Of a stretch of DNA of 47,053 bases, positions 1 through 6,966 are shown one piece after another. Each line of letters opens with the position of its first letter. Position 1 is the stretch's first letter. The position numbers and the translations under genes are program-made. A model generated the notes under the pieces. That model was not told where the DNA came from. It searched no databases and saw nothing but the letters and a program-made list of their open reading frames with translations. This stretch comes from a virus. The DNA lies in the IMG/VR virus record IMGVR_UViG_3300032005_000008, positions 1 through 47,053 of that record. The stretch is one strand, 5' to 3'.

Positions 1-127
1 CTGGGTTCCGTTGCTACGGAGAGCGTAGTACCTGTCGACAAAGGTGGGACTGGCGGAACAACCCAAGCTGCAGCTAGGTCAGGACTCGGCCTTGGCTCGG
101 CTGCCATAGTAGACGCGGTTGGGCTGG
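1..127. repeat. exact 127-nt terminal overlap with 46927..47053 (circular-assembly signature)
   Basis: Base-by-base comparison shows nt 1-127 equal nt 46927-47053. The overlap lies inside an ORF and keeps its frame. Confidence 0.95.
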
Positions 128-483
128 CCGCAAATGGCGCAATAGTTGAATCTGGAAGCACTGGTGCAGGGTCATGGACGAAGTTCGCAGATGGGACAAT
201 GATAACGCAGCACCGCGGCACCATTGCACTAAACATCACCACAGCCTACGGATCTCTTTTTTACGGCAGCTCAGTCGCTATAGCATTTCCACAGACTTTT
301 GTGGGGGATCTCCCAAAGCTCGCACTTGGCGTTAGTAACGGACCGGTCGCAGCTCTATGGGTTGGACGTCAAACAGCCGTCACAGCGTCTGGCACTGGCT
401 CATTTATTATTTTGGCCCCGTCGTCTCTATCTAATGCCGTGGTAACCATGGACATCATTGCCACTGGTCGTTGGAAGGTATAA
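1..483 (+). CDS. tail fibre protein, 3' portion (continues the ORF that starts at 46714)
   Basis: Frame 1 is open from nt 1 to TAA 481-483. It is in the same phase as the ORF that runs off the window end. The joined ORF is 231 aa by my count. Confidence 0.8.
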   Translation: MGSVATESVVPVDKGGTGGTTQAAARSGLGLGSAAIVDAVGLAANGAIVESGSTGAGSWTKFADGTMITQHRGTIALNITTAYGSLFYGSSVAIAFPQTFVGDLPKLALGVSNGPVAALWVGRQTAVTASGTGSFIILAPSSLSNAVVTMDIIATGRWKV

Positions 484-505
484 TTTAATTGCTTGTGAGG
501 TTTTA

Positions 506-859
506 ATGAAGATTAATCTAATACCAGTTGGCCGCCCGGAAACTCTGGAAGTTATCCGCATCGGTGATGTCTTGAATATAAATGGGGAAGTATTCGATTT
601 TTCTCCGATTGGAGAGGGTGATACCTTGCCAGCTACAGCGATCGCCTCAGACTGGTTCATGAACATGGTAGAGCGATTGAATGGTGAGCTGGAATTAACA
701 CTAATACTTCCGCTCCCATCGAATTACAGCCAAGAGCAAGCATTCCCTGTGCCATTGGAAAATGTGCCGAATGGCCCGGTTTCCTTCCCACAGTCACTGC
801 CACCACCACTTCCTCCAGCACCTAACTTTGCTACCAACAGCGGGGAGACGGCAGTATGA
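506..859 (+). CDS. hypothetical protein, probable tail-fibre chaperone/assembly factor
   Basis: ATG 506 is preceded by GTGAGG. It sits directly downstream of the fibre, is AT-rich like the fibre 3' end, and has a Pro-rich C-terminus. Confidence 0.6.
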   Translation: MKINLIPVGRPETLEVIRIGDVLNINGEVFDFSPIGEGDTLPATAIASDWFMNMVERLNGELELTLILPLPSNYSQEQAFPVPLENVPNGPVSFPQSLPPPLPPAPNFATNSGETAV

Positions 860-1224
860 GTAATATCGATTGGTCCCAGCTCATCACCAAATCAATGAAG
901 ATAGCTGCCGAACAGGCCGCCCAACTGTCGGCAGCAAAATTGGACTTGGCTTCCAGGAATAACAAAGCAGCCGCACAGATCGTCCGCATTCAGGACCGAA
1001 TCGATACGATTGGATTCGGCATCGAAATAGGCGAGGCCACGCCGGAAGAAGAGGCGGAGCAGGCCGCGCTGCTGCTGAACCTGAAGGCGTGGAAAACCTA
1101 CAAATACGCCTTGGGCAAGGTCACTGTTCAGCCTACCTGGTACCAGGCGCCGGTCTGGCCGGTGGAGCCGCCAATCCCCGAGATCATCGCCGCGCCAATG
1201 ATGCGTTCCGCCGAATCCATCTGA
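856..1224 (+). CDS. tail fibre assembly protein (Tfa / Caudo_TAP-like)
   Basis: The start overlaps the upstream stop (ATGA). The C-terminal pattern AWKTYKYALGKV..QP.W...VWPVEPP resembles Tfa-family chaperones. Confidence 0.7.
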   Translation: MSNIDWSQLITKSMKIAAEQAAQLSAAKLDLASRNNKAAAQIVRIQDRIDTIGFGIEIGEATPEEEAEQAALLLNLKAWKTYKYALGKVTVQPTWYQAPVWPVEPPIPEIIAAPMMRSAESI

Positions 1225-1242
1225 TCTCAGCCTGCCACCGCA

Positions 1243-1268
1243 ACCCGCCATCGAGCGGGTATTTTTTT
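1243..1268 (+). terminator. intrinsic terminator
   Basis: ACCCGC-catcga-GCGGGT hairpin followed by ATTTTTTT. Confidence 0.75.
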
Positions 1269-1283
1269 GCCTGGAGAAAAGTT

Positions 1284-1709
1284 ATGACCGCAACCGAGAA
1301 GGATCGCGACATCCTGGTCCGCACGCTTCATGGAGAGGCCAGGGGTGAAGGGTTCGCCGGCCAGGTGGCCGTGGCCTGCGTGATCCGCAACCGCGTAAAC
1401 GATGGCAAAGACCGTTCATGGTGGGGCGAGGGCTACGCCGGTGTCTGCCTGAAGCCGTACCAGTTCAGTTGCTGGAACAAGAACGACCCGAACTATCCCT
1501 ACCTGAGCGGCGCCAAGGAGATTCCGCCGAAGCAGTTCGCCCAGGCGCAGCGGGCCGCGGATCTGGTTATCTCCGGCGCCGAGCCTGACATCACCAATGG
1601 CGCGACCCACTACTACGCGACGACGATGCCGAAACCGCCGGCGTGGGTTAAGGGCGCAACTGAGACGTTCCGCCTCGGGCACCACATCTTCTTCAAGGAC
1701 GTGCCATGA
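1284..1709 (+). CDS. endolysin, SleB-type cell wall hydrolase (Hydrolase_2-like)
   Basis: ATG 1284 follows a GGAG site. The motifs LHGEARGE..AVACVIRNR...YQFSCWN are typical of SleB/CwlJ-type hydrolases. Confidence 0.85.
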   Translation: MTATEKDRDILVRTLHGEARGEGFAGQVAVACVIRNRVNDGKDRSWWGEGYAGVCLKPYQFSCWNKNDPNYPYLSGAKEIPPKQFAQAQRAADLVISGAEPDITNGATHYYATTMPKPPAWVKGATETFRLGHHIFFKDVP

Positions 1710-2218
1710 GCCCGGGAAGTCTGAAGCTTTTGATCGCCAGCGTGGCAGTGGCGCTAATCCTGGCAATCGGCGCGACGTGGAAGGTGCAGGACTGGCGTTA
1801 TGCTGGGCAACTGGCAGAGCAGGCCAACGCCCATCTATCCGACCTCGCCAAGATCGGCACTGCGGCAGCGGACCAGGTCCAGGCAGAGCAGGGCAAGCGG
1901 CTGGCCCTGGAACAGCGGCTGACGGCGAATGACCAAACCCACCACAAGGAGTTGAGCGATGCTCAAACAAATCAGGCTCGCCTGCGCGATCGCCTTGCCA
2001 CTGCTGATTTGCGGCTGTCAGTCCTCCTTGCCGAGGAACCAGCCAGTTGCAACGCAGTGCCTTCCACCCCCGTCGCCAGCGGCGTGGTTCATGGAAGACC
2101 AAGAGCCCAACTTGACCCAGCGCATGCTCAAAGAATTATCGCCATCACCGATGCCGGCGACCGGGGATTGATCGCGCTGCGGGCGTGTCAAGCCTATGTC
2201 AGGTCATTGGGTCAGTAA
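1706..2218 (+). CDS. Rz: i-spanin (Rz-like)
   Basis: N-terminal TM segment, coiled coil, and the C-terminal pattern RL.V...C........AQLD......I.......D....L.ACQAY typical of the Rz family. Its start overlaps the endolysin stop. Confidence 0.85.
   Translation: MSPGSLKLLIASVAVALILAIGATWKVQDWRYAGQLAEQANAHLSDLAKIGTAAADQVQAEQGKRLALEQRLTANDQTHHKELSDAQTNQARLRDRLATADLRLSVLLAEEPASCNAVPSTPVASGVVHGRPRAQLDPAHAQRIIAITDAGDRGLIALRACQAYVRSLGQ
1959..2171 (+). CDS. Rz1: o-spanin lipoprotein (Rz1-like), embedded in the +1 frame of Rz
   Basis: AAGGAG RBS, a signal peptide plus lipobox (LLICGC), and a Pro-rich mature part. It lies wholly inside Rz. Confidence 0.8.
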   Translation: MLKQIRLACAIALPLLICGCQSSLPRNQPVATQCLPPPSPAAWFMEDQEPNLTQRMLKELSPSPMPATGD

Positions 2219-2306
2219 CGTTCGGCAAATAGCCGTTGATCGGCGCCAGTTGAACGCGGGCATTTCGGTTATCGATACTGTGCTTTTGTCCAGTATCGAG
2301 ACCAGC

Positions 2307-2600
2307 ATGAAATTCCTGATCATCCCGCGCCGGGTTCTCGGCGTAGCCATTCCCAAAGAACAGTTAAGAGACGTTCAGCCTGTGAGTGGCGATATCGTCA
2401 TCAGCGAGTGCCACAACGAAGACCTGGGCCGATCGTCTGTCAGCGCCCAGGTTTACAAGACCAACTCAGGTCCGGACATCCTTCCGCCACTGCTGGACGT
2501 ACGGATCACGGGCATGGCACAGAACGGTATGAGCCTGAGCGGGGTTGAGAAGGTCGGCGATGCGTTTTATGCGCAGTCTTGGTGGTGCAGGGCGGAATAG
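2307..2600 (+). CDS. hypothetical protein (att-proximal accessory ORF)
   Basis: Internal ATG of the 2196..2600 ORF. The upstream part overlaps the Rz 3' end. No recognisable family and a weak RBS. Confidence 0.45.
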   Translation: MKFLIIPRRVLGVAIPKEQLRDVQPVSGDIVISECHNEDLGRSSVSAQVYKTNSGPDILPPLLDVRITGMAQNGMSLSGVEKVGDAFYAQSWWCRAE

Positions 2601-2637
2601 GGGATTGTGTTCGTTCGGCAGAACGCCGGAGGAGGGG

Positions 2638-2706
2638 TGTGACAGGAATGTGTCGCACATCGTGGTACAGTGTGACACGAAGCGCAAAAACTGAACGGTT
2701 GTGACG
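2638..2706 (+). promoter_or_regulatory. attP P-arm: three direct TGTGAC(A/G) repeats (candidate integrase arm-type sites)
   Basis: TGTGACA at 2638 and 2671 and TGTGACG at 2700, with spacings of 33 and 29 nt, plus an inverted TGTCGCACA at 2651. Confidence 0.5.
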
Positions 2707-2760
2707 ATTGCGGGCGTCGTAACCTATTGATATTGCAAGTCTTTACCTAAGGGCGCATGA

Positions 2761-2813
2761 TTTAGGTTCCAGCGCCGCAAGGTGTGAGAGTTCGAGTCTC
2801 TCCGTCCGCACCA
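2761..2813 (+). other. attP core: 3' half of a class-II tRNA, read as tRNA-Leu(UAG), from anticodon loop to CCA
   Basis: The segment reads TTTAGGT loop, TCCAG stem, long variable arm CGCC-GCAA-GGTG, T-arm GAGAG-TTCGAGT-CTCTC, acceptor CGTCCGC, A73 and CCA. There is no matching 5' acceptor or D-arm upstream. Confidence 0.8.
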
Positions 2814-2822
2814 CCTTATAAA

Positions 2823-3914
2823 TCAAGGCTTTACCAGCCTTAGATACCCCTCCTGTAGCACCGCTGGATTCTCGCTGTAGCGAGATTGTGACAAGCCCAT
2901 ATCGAGAACACTGACGGCATTTCGTACCCTGGCCGGTGCAAGATGCGCGTACTTCTCGGTCATCTGGATTGTCGAATGTCCCAGCAAATCACGAATCTCA
3001 ATGAGCGGCACGCCGGCGGACACCAGCCATGCTGCACACGTATGACGCAAGTCATGGATCGTGAAGTCTGTTATTCCTGCCTTTATACAAGCGTTATCGA
3101 AACCCGTTGAAGGGTCGGCCACTCTTGCCCCGTTTTTCCTCGTAAATACCCATGGCGTTGTTGGGCAATATTCTGCCCGAACAGCCATCCTTCCTTTAAG
3201 TGCAGCCAAAGCCCCTTCATTAAGCGGGATACTTCTTCGCTTCGCGGCTTTGGTGTGCTCCCCGTCCAGATATATCAGCCGGTTGGCAAAATCGACCCGG
3301 CGCCATTCCAACCCCAGCATTTCCTCTTTCCGACAGCCAGTGTTCACGGCCAGCCGGATAAAGTCCTCGAGCATGTCACCGAATCGCTGCTTTCTCACAA
3401 TCCGACACAGGCCGTCGACCTCTGCCCGGGTGATCCAGCGGACCCGACCCTCTGGCTCCTTCAGCTTTCGACCCTTGACCGGGTTCGGCAGCTTCCATTC
3501 CAGTTCCGTCACGCACCAGTTGATAGCGGCGGACAGCGCCGCCAGTTCGCGGTTGATGGTGGCCGACGACTTGCCGGCCTCCGTCCTGGTCGCCGAGTAT
3601 TCCCGCACGTCCTTTCCCGAAAGCTCGTTCATCATCATCCCGGCGAAGTGCCGCTGCAGCGACTTGACCCTGAACTGAGTGGTCGCGAAGCTTTTCTGCG
3701 ATGAAGCGGCATTGCCCAGGTACTGGACCATGACTTCCTCGAACGTCCTCGGCGGATCCACGCCCAATTCCTTCTGGCGCCAGGCCGCGCCGCGATGCTC
3801 CTGCTCTATGGCCTTGGCTGCTGCGTAGTCCTCGGTGCCAGCAGAGCGTCTAACGTACGTGCCATCTGCTGCGGTGAAACTGATCCACCAAGTTTTACCT
3901 CTTTTATAGGGCAT
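2823..3914 (-). CDS. int: tyrosine recombinase / phage integrase
   Basis: The C-terminal catalytic region HDLRHTCAAWLVSAGVPLIEIRDLLGHSTIQMTEKYAHL is present. It lies adjacent to the tRNA-derived core. Confidence 0.95.
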   Translation of the reverse strand: MPYKRGKTWWISFTAADGTYVRRSAGTEDYAAAKAIEQEHRGAAWRQKELGVDPPRTFEEVMVQYLGNAASSQKSFATTQFRVKSLQRHFAGMMMNELSGKDVREYSATRTEAGKSSATINRELAALSAAINWCVTELEWKLPNPVKGRKLKEPEGRVRWITRAEVDGLCRIVRKQRFGDMLEDFIRLAVNTGCRKEEMLGLEWRRVDFANRLIYLDGEHTKAAKRRSIPLNEGALAALKGRMAVRAEYCPTTPWVFTRKNGARVADPSTGFDNACIKAGITDFTIHDLRHTCAAWLVSAGVPLIEIRDLLGHSTIQMTEKYAHLAPARVRNAVSVLDMGLSQSRYSENPAVLQEGYLRLVKP

Positions 3915-4117
3915 ACCTTCTCCTCGGGTACGCCGCCCGCGACCGGGAGGGTATCAGGGATACCGGCCTCGATCATCTGGACGAGCTTTTCGTAATGAAC
4001 GCGCAGCGGGCCGAAGCCGCGTACGCAGGGGATCTTCCCGGCTTTTGCCAGGGCGTAAGCCGTCGTGCGGCCGATGCTCAACATTTCGGCCGCCTTAGCG
4101 ATGGAGATCAACTTCAT
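3806..4117 (-). CDS. xis: excisionase / AlpA-type HTH DNA-binding protein
   Basis: The N-terminal segment ISIAKAAEMLSIGRTTAYALAKAGKIP is an HTH_17-like motif. It sits immediately upstream of int, and its 3' end overlaps the int start by 109 nt. Confidence 0.75.
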   Translation of the reverse strand: MKLISIAKAAEMLSIGRTTAYALAKAGKIPCVRGFGPLRVHYEKLVQMIEAGIPDTLPVAGGVPEEKVCPIKEVKLGGSVSPQQMARTLDALLAPRTTQQPRP

Positions 4118-4314
4118 GCCGTCCTCCCAGCTTCGCGCTGCGCCTTATTCCAGCCTTGAATCCACTGCTGCTTGGAGCATGGAGACGTGTCGTTTTCCGT
4201 TTCGAACGGGTTCTGCTTGATGCTCGCGCCCTTGAGAAAGGCCGCATACCCCTGCTCGAACGGGTTGATCTTCTGGCCGTGCAGTTCTGCAGTTGCCATG
4301 TGTGTGTGCTCCAT
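4114..4314 (-). CDS. Rmf/CrpP-family small protein
   Basis: The pattern EQGYAAFLKG......NPF..........W.QGWNKA matches the Rmf/CrpP fold signature. An alternative start lies at 4299. Confidence 0.6.
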   Translation of the reverse strand: MEHTHMATAELHGQKINPFEQGYAAFLKGASIKQNPFETENDTSPCSKQQWIQGWNKAQREAGRTA

Positions 4315-4338
4315 GCCGCGCGTGGCGGCAGAAGGTGG

Positions 4339-4611
4339 TTATAGGTCGGCGGAGTGTTTCGTGAGCATCGCCATCTTCTTGACGATGGTGTCAGCCCGCT
4401 TCTGCAACGTGCTCCACTGGTCATCAAGCTTTCGCCATCCGGCCTCAATGGCTTCGCGCTTGGAGGGGTAGAGCTCGGTTGTGAAGTAGGTCTTGCCCGT
4501 GGCGGTTTCGAAGTACCCGGGGTAATACCCAATCCTGACGAGTTCGATTTCTTTCGGCGCGTAGCCCGGCGTCAGCACCCAGGCTTTGCGGGGAAGGTCA
4601 TTTTCGGACAT
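4339..4611 (-). CDS. hypothetical protein
   Basis: ATG 4611 has a GAGG site 7-8 nt upstream. High-GC3 ORF in the early-left operon. Confidence 0.6.
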   Translation of the reverse strand: MSENDLPRKAWVLTPGYAPKEIELVRIGYYPGYFETATGKTYFTTELYPSKREAIEAGWRKLDDQWSTLQKRADTIVKKMAMLTKHSADL

Positions 4612-4659
4612 GGCTTTGCCTCGCCCGCCGTTCACCGGCAGGCCGTAGGTGGATTGGGG

Positions 4660-4887
4660 TTAGGTGCGTTCGAGGTCGGTAGAGATAGCTTCGACCTTGA
4701 TCCGGCCGACGATCTTGGTGCTGTCCAAGTGTTCCTTGAAAAGCCGATTAAGACGTCCAAGCGCGGCCTCGCTCGCTTGGTCATGGACCTGGCCGGTAGT
4801 GCAGTTGGGGCCCCAGCTACCGAGATTCGAAAGCTCGAGCGTGACCGTCACCTTGGCGCTTGTGGTTGTTCTTCCGCGTGGTTTCAT
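4660..4887 (-). CDS. hypothetical protein
   Basis: 75-aa ORF, co-oriented with the operon. Confidence 0.5.
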   Translation of the reverse strand: MKPRGRTTTSAKVTVTLELSNLGSWGPNCTTGQVHDQASEAALGRLNRLFKEHLDSTKIVGRIKVEAISTDLERT

Positions 4888-4936
4888 GGCCTCGGCCCCC
4901 TGTATATCAGGTGTGCCATGTAGAGCAGGGGGAGGA

Positions 4937-5158
4937 TCATGGCGTCACCTGTTCGCATCCGCACCGCGCCGGGTGGGCTTGGGGTTGTTGGCAGGCCTGC
5001 ACATTCGCCTGGCGGCTGATCGCCGACAACGCAGCGTCAAGGCGGGTTACTGCTTTGTGCCTGGTCAGGCAGGTAACGCTGACAATGGTGACGCTCGAAC
5101 CACCGCGGGCAGTCCATGACCCGTCCGGGTTTTGCTGAACTTCAATTACGTGGCTCAT
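4937..5158 (-). CDS. hypothetical protein
   Basis: Internal ATG that forms an ATGA overlap with the stop of the upstream gene (5155). Confidence 0.5.
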   Translation of the reverse strand: MSHVIEVQQNPDGSWTARGGSSVTIVSVTCLTRHKAVTRLDAALSAISRQANVQACQQPQAHPARCGCEQVTP

Positions 5159-5448
5159 GACATCACCTTCAAGCCCTGGGCCTCGATCATCTGCTTTGCC
5201 TCGGCTCGGCGTATCAGCCAGTGGCCGTCGGTGTCGGTGTGATAGGCCTCGGGCAGTTCCACCACCAGGGCGGCGCGGGAGGCCTCCCATGCTAAACAGG
5301 CCAGCCTAAGCATTGGATCTGCAAAGCTTCCATCCTCGCGCTTCCAGGCCAGATTCTTTTCTGCCTGATCCCGTACGCCCTCACCGTACGACTGAGTCAC
5401 CTCCGCCAAATACCATGCGGCGAATTTTTCGCGCATCTGTTCGCTCAT
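5155..5448 (-). CDS. hypothetical protein
   Basis: 97-aa ORF with ATGA coupling at both ends. Confidence 0.6.
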   Translation of the reverse strand: MSEQMREKFAAWYLAEVTQSYGEGVRDQAEKNLAWKREDGSFADPMLRLACLAWEASRAALVVELPEAYHTDTDGHWLIRRAEAKQMIEAQGLKVMS

Positions 5449-5522
5449 GACATCACCACTGCAACAGAGAAGAAGATAGCGCCCCAGAGGCAGGCGCTTA
5501 TGGCTGCGGCTTTGAGCATCAT
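5445..5522 (-). CDS. 25-aa hydrophobic micro-protein (MMLKAAAISACLWGAIFFSVAVVMS)
   Basis: ATGA overlaps with both neighbouring genes. One predicted TM helix. Confidence 0.35.
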   Translation of the reverse strand: MMLKAAAISACLWGAIFFSVAVVMS

Positions 5523-6046
5523 GGGGTCACCTGCTGATTTTTGATTTGAGTTCGAAGAGCTGCTGCTGCATTCGCAGCGCACTGGATGTCGGCGTGGTAT
5601 CCGCCGTAGTGGACTTTCTTTTTCGCCCTGACCTGGACGAACCATCGTTCTTTCCTGCCGTCCCAATACACGCCACGAACACCGCTAGCCCCTCTTCCCG
5701 GCCCACTTGAAGCGGAGGCGAGGCGATATGCTTGGTTCTCTGCGTATGTCGCAAGGCGCAAGTTCTGCCAACGGTTGTCATCGCGCACAGCGTTTCGGTG
5801 ATCGACGTGCATGTCTGCCGGTGGATAGCTGCCGGTCATGTACAGCCACGCCAGACGGTGGGCTTGATGCTTGGTTCCATCAATCGAGATCTTCACGTAG
5901 CCGTCTTTGTCGAACTGCCCGACCTTCGGTCGGCGCCGTCCTAGATGCTTGAATTGTCCGGTGTCCGGGTCATACACCACTTTTTCCAGCAGGCGTGCGT
6001 GCGTGAGTTGGCGCGTTTTCATGGGCGCACTCATCCTTGCCGCCAT
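5519..6046 (-). CDS. HNH homing endonuclease with C-terminal AP2-like DNA-binding domain
   Basis: HRLAWLYMTG...VDHRN....DNRWQNLRLAT..EN matches an HNH_3 pattern. GVRGVYWDGRKERWFVQVRAKKKVHYGGY is AP2-like. The start is uncertain (6046 or 6022). Confidence 0.85.
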   Translation of the reverse strand: MAARMSAPMKTRQLTHARLLEKVVYDPDTGQFKHLGRRRPKVGQFDKDGYVKISIDGTKHQAHRLAWLYMTGSYPPADMHVDHRNAVRDDNRWQNLRLATYAENQAYRLASASSGPGRGASGVRGVYWDGRKERWFVQVRAKKKVHYGGYHADIQCAANAAAALRTQIKNQQVTP

Positions 6047-6072
6047 AGCGGCTGACTTTGAAGGGGGAGGGG

Positions 6073-6525
6073 TTACTGGATCGCGGTGGCTTCGAGCGCT
6101 TCGTCGATCTCTGGATATTCAGGGCGAGCCGGCGGATAGGCGGGAGCCTTCATCGCCTGATCGATGGCGTCGCGAAGGTTCTCGCTGTAGTTCTCGCCGA
6201 TGACGCGCTCGCTTGGCTTGTCCATCCAGTGACCGACGATCTCGATGCTGACGCTGCTGTCGCCGGCATCGCCGTTTGGGCTGCTGTCGAAGCGCACGTC
6301 CCAGCAATTGGACTCCAGCGCATCCAGCCGGGCTTTGTCGCGCACCAGCTCATCAACCCGCTGATCCTGCACTGTGAGGCGCTGCTGTAGGGCTTGTTCG
6401 CGGCGTTCAGCAGCTAGGCAGCGCTCAGCTGCGTCGAGGAAGCACCGGGCGGCGTTGTCGAAGTCGCTGGCGTACACATATTCGCCGGCCGCACCTTTGA
6501 ATCTGTAACGCTTCACGCTTTCCAT
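6073..6525 (-). CDS. hypothetical protein
   Basis: 150-aa acidic ORF with a coiled-coil centre. Confidence 0.6.
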   Translation of the reverse strand: MESVKRYRFKGAAGEYVYASDFDNAARCFLDAAERCLAAERREQALQQRLTVQDQRVDELVRDKARLDALESNCWDVRFDSSPNGDAGDSSVSIEIVGHWMDKPSERVIGENYSENLRDAIDQAMKAPAYPPARPEYPEIDEALEATAIQ

Positions 6526-6614
6526 ACACCCTCCTGGGGCTTAACGCTGAATTTGTAGGCGACATAGGGAGCAGCTGCATTGAGAGCCAGAACGCCGATC
6601 AGAAGCCAGATCAT
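6513..6614 (-). CDS. 33-aa hydrophobic micro-protein (MIWLLIGVLALNAAAPYVAYKF...)
   Basis: ATGA overlap with the DUF4406 gene stop, and its 3' end overlaps the next start. Confidence 0.3.
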   Translation of the reverse strand: MIWLLIGVLALNAAAPYVAYKFSVKPQEGVWKA

Positions 6615-6943
6615 GCGACCTCCTGAGATACCAGGTCGTGGGCGTTAACAACCGCCATGCCGAGGCGTTCAGCGATGTGTGCTTCAAGGCGTGCGCCTTT
6701 CGAGGTGTGCCAGCCGGGTAGCAGGGCCACGGTGTCGCACTCCATGAGCGCTGCAATATCTCGCCGCATGCAGTCGTTCCAGCTACCGCCGTCAGGGTTC
6801 AGCTCGGCGGGATTGGTGACGGTGTGTCCCGCTGCGCGCAGTTGAGCGGTCATCGCGTGGAAGGTTGGGAAGTTCAGTTCGGGCATGTCGGTCATGGGAC
6901 CGCTGAGGTAAATTTTTTTCACAGAGAGACCTTGCCAGGGCAT
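6611..6943 (-). CDS. DUF4406 protein (nucleoside 2-deoxyribosyltransferase-like superfamily)
   Basis: KIYLSGPMT....NF..F......L...GH.V.NPAE.......W..CMR.DI..L..CD.V.LL.GW..S.GA..E matches the DUF4406 pattern. An alternative GTG start lies at 6922. Confidence 0.7.
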   Translation of the reverse strand: MPWQGLSVKKIYLSGPMTDMPELNFPTFHAMTAQLRAAGHTVTNPAELNPDGGSWNDCMRRDIAALMECDTVALLPGWHTSKGARLEAHIAERLGMAVVNAHDLVSQEVA

Positions 6944-6966
6944 GCCCGGGCGGTGGAGTGGGGGAG

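Noticed and set aside
1-127. Terminal repeat interpreted as a biological direct terminal repeat, cos end or mobile-element LTR.
   Set aside because: The repeat falls in the middle of a tail-fibre ORF, preserves its frame, and has no flanking terminus features. An assembler overlap of a circular or permuted molecule is the simpler reading, but only read-level data can exclude true terminal redundancy.
2196-2306. Longer 134-aa version of the att-proximal ORF.
   Set aside because: The extension overlaps the Rz 3' end and has no RBS. The internal ATG 2307 is the more conservative call, and even that has low confidence.
2711-2813. A complete tRNA gene at the att site.
   Set aside because: Only the anticodon-loop-to-CCA part folds. 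Upstream there is no GCGGACG acceptor strand at the right distance and no D-arm. GCGGGCG at 2711 is too far away and mismatched.
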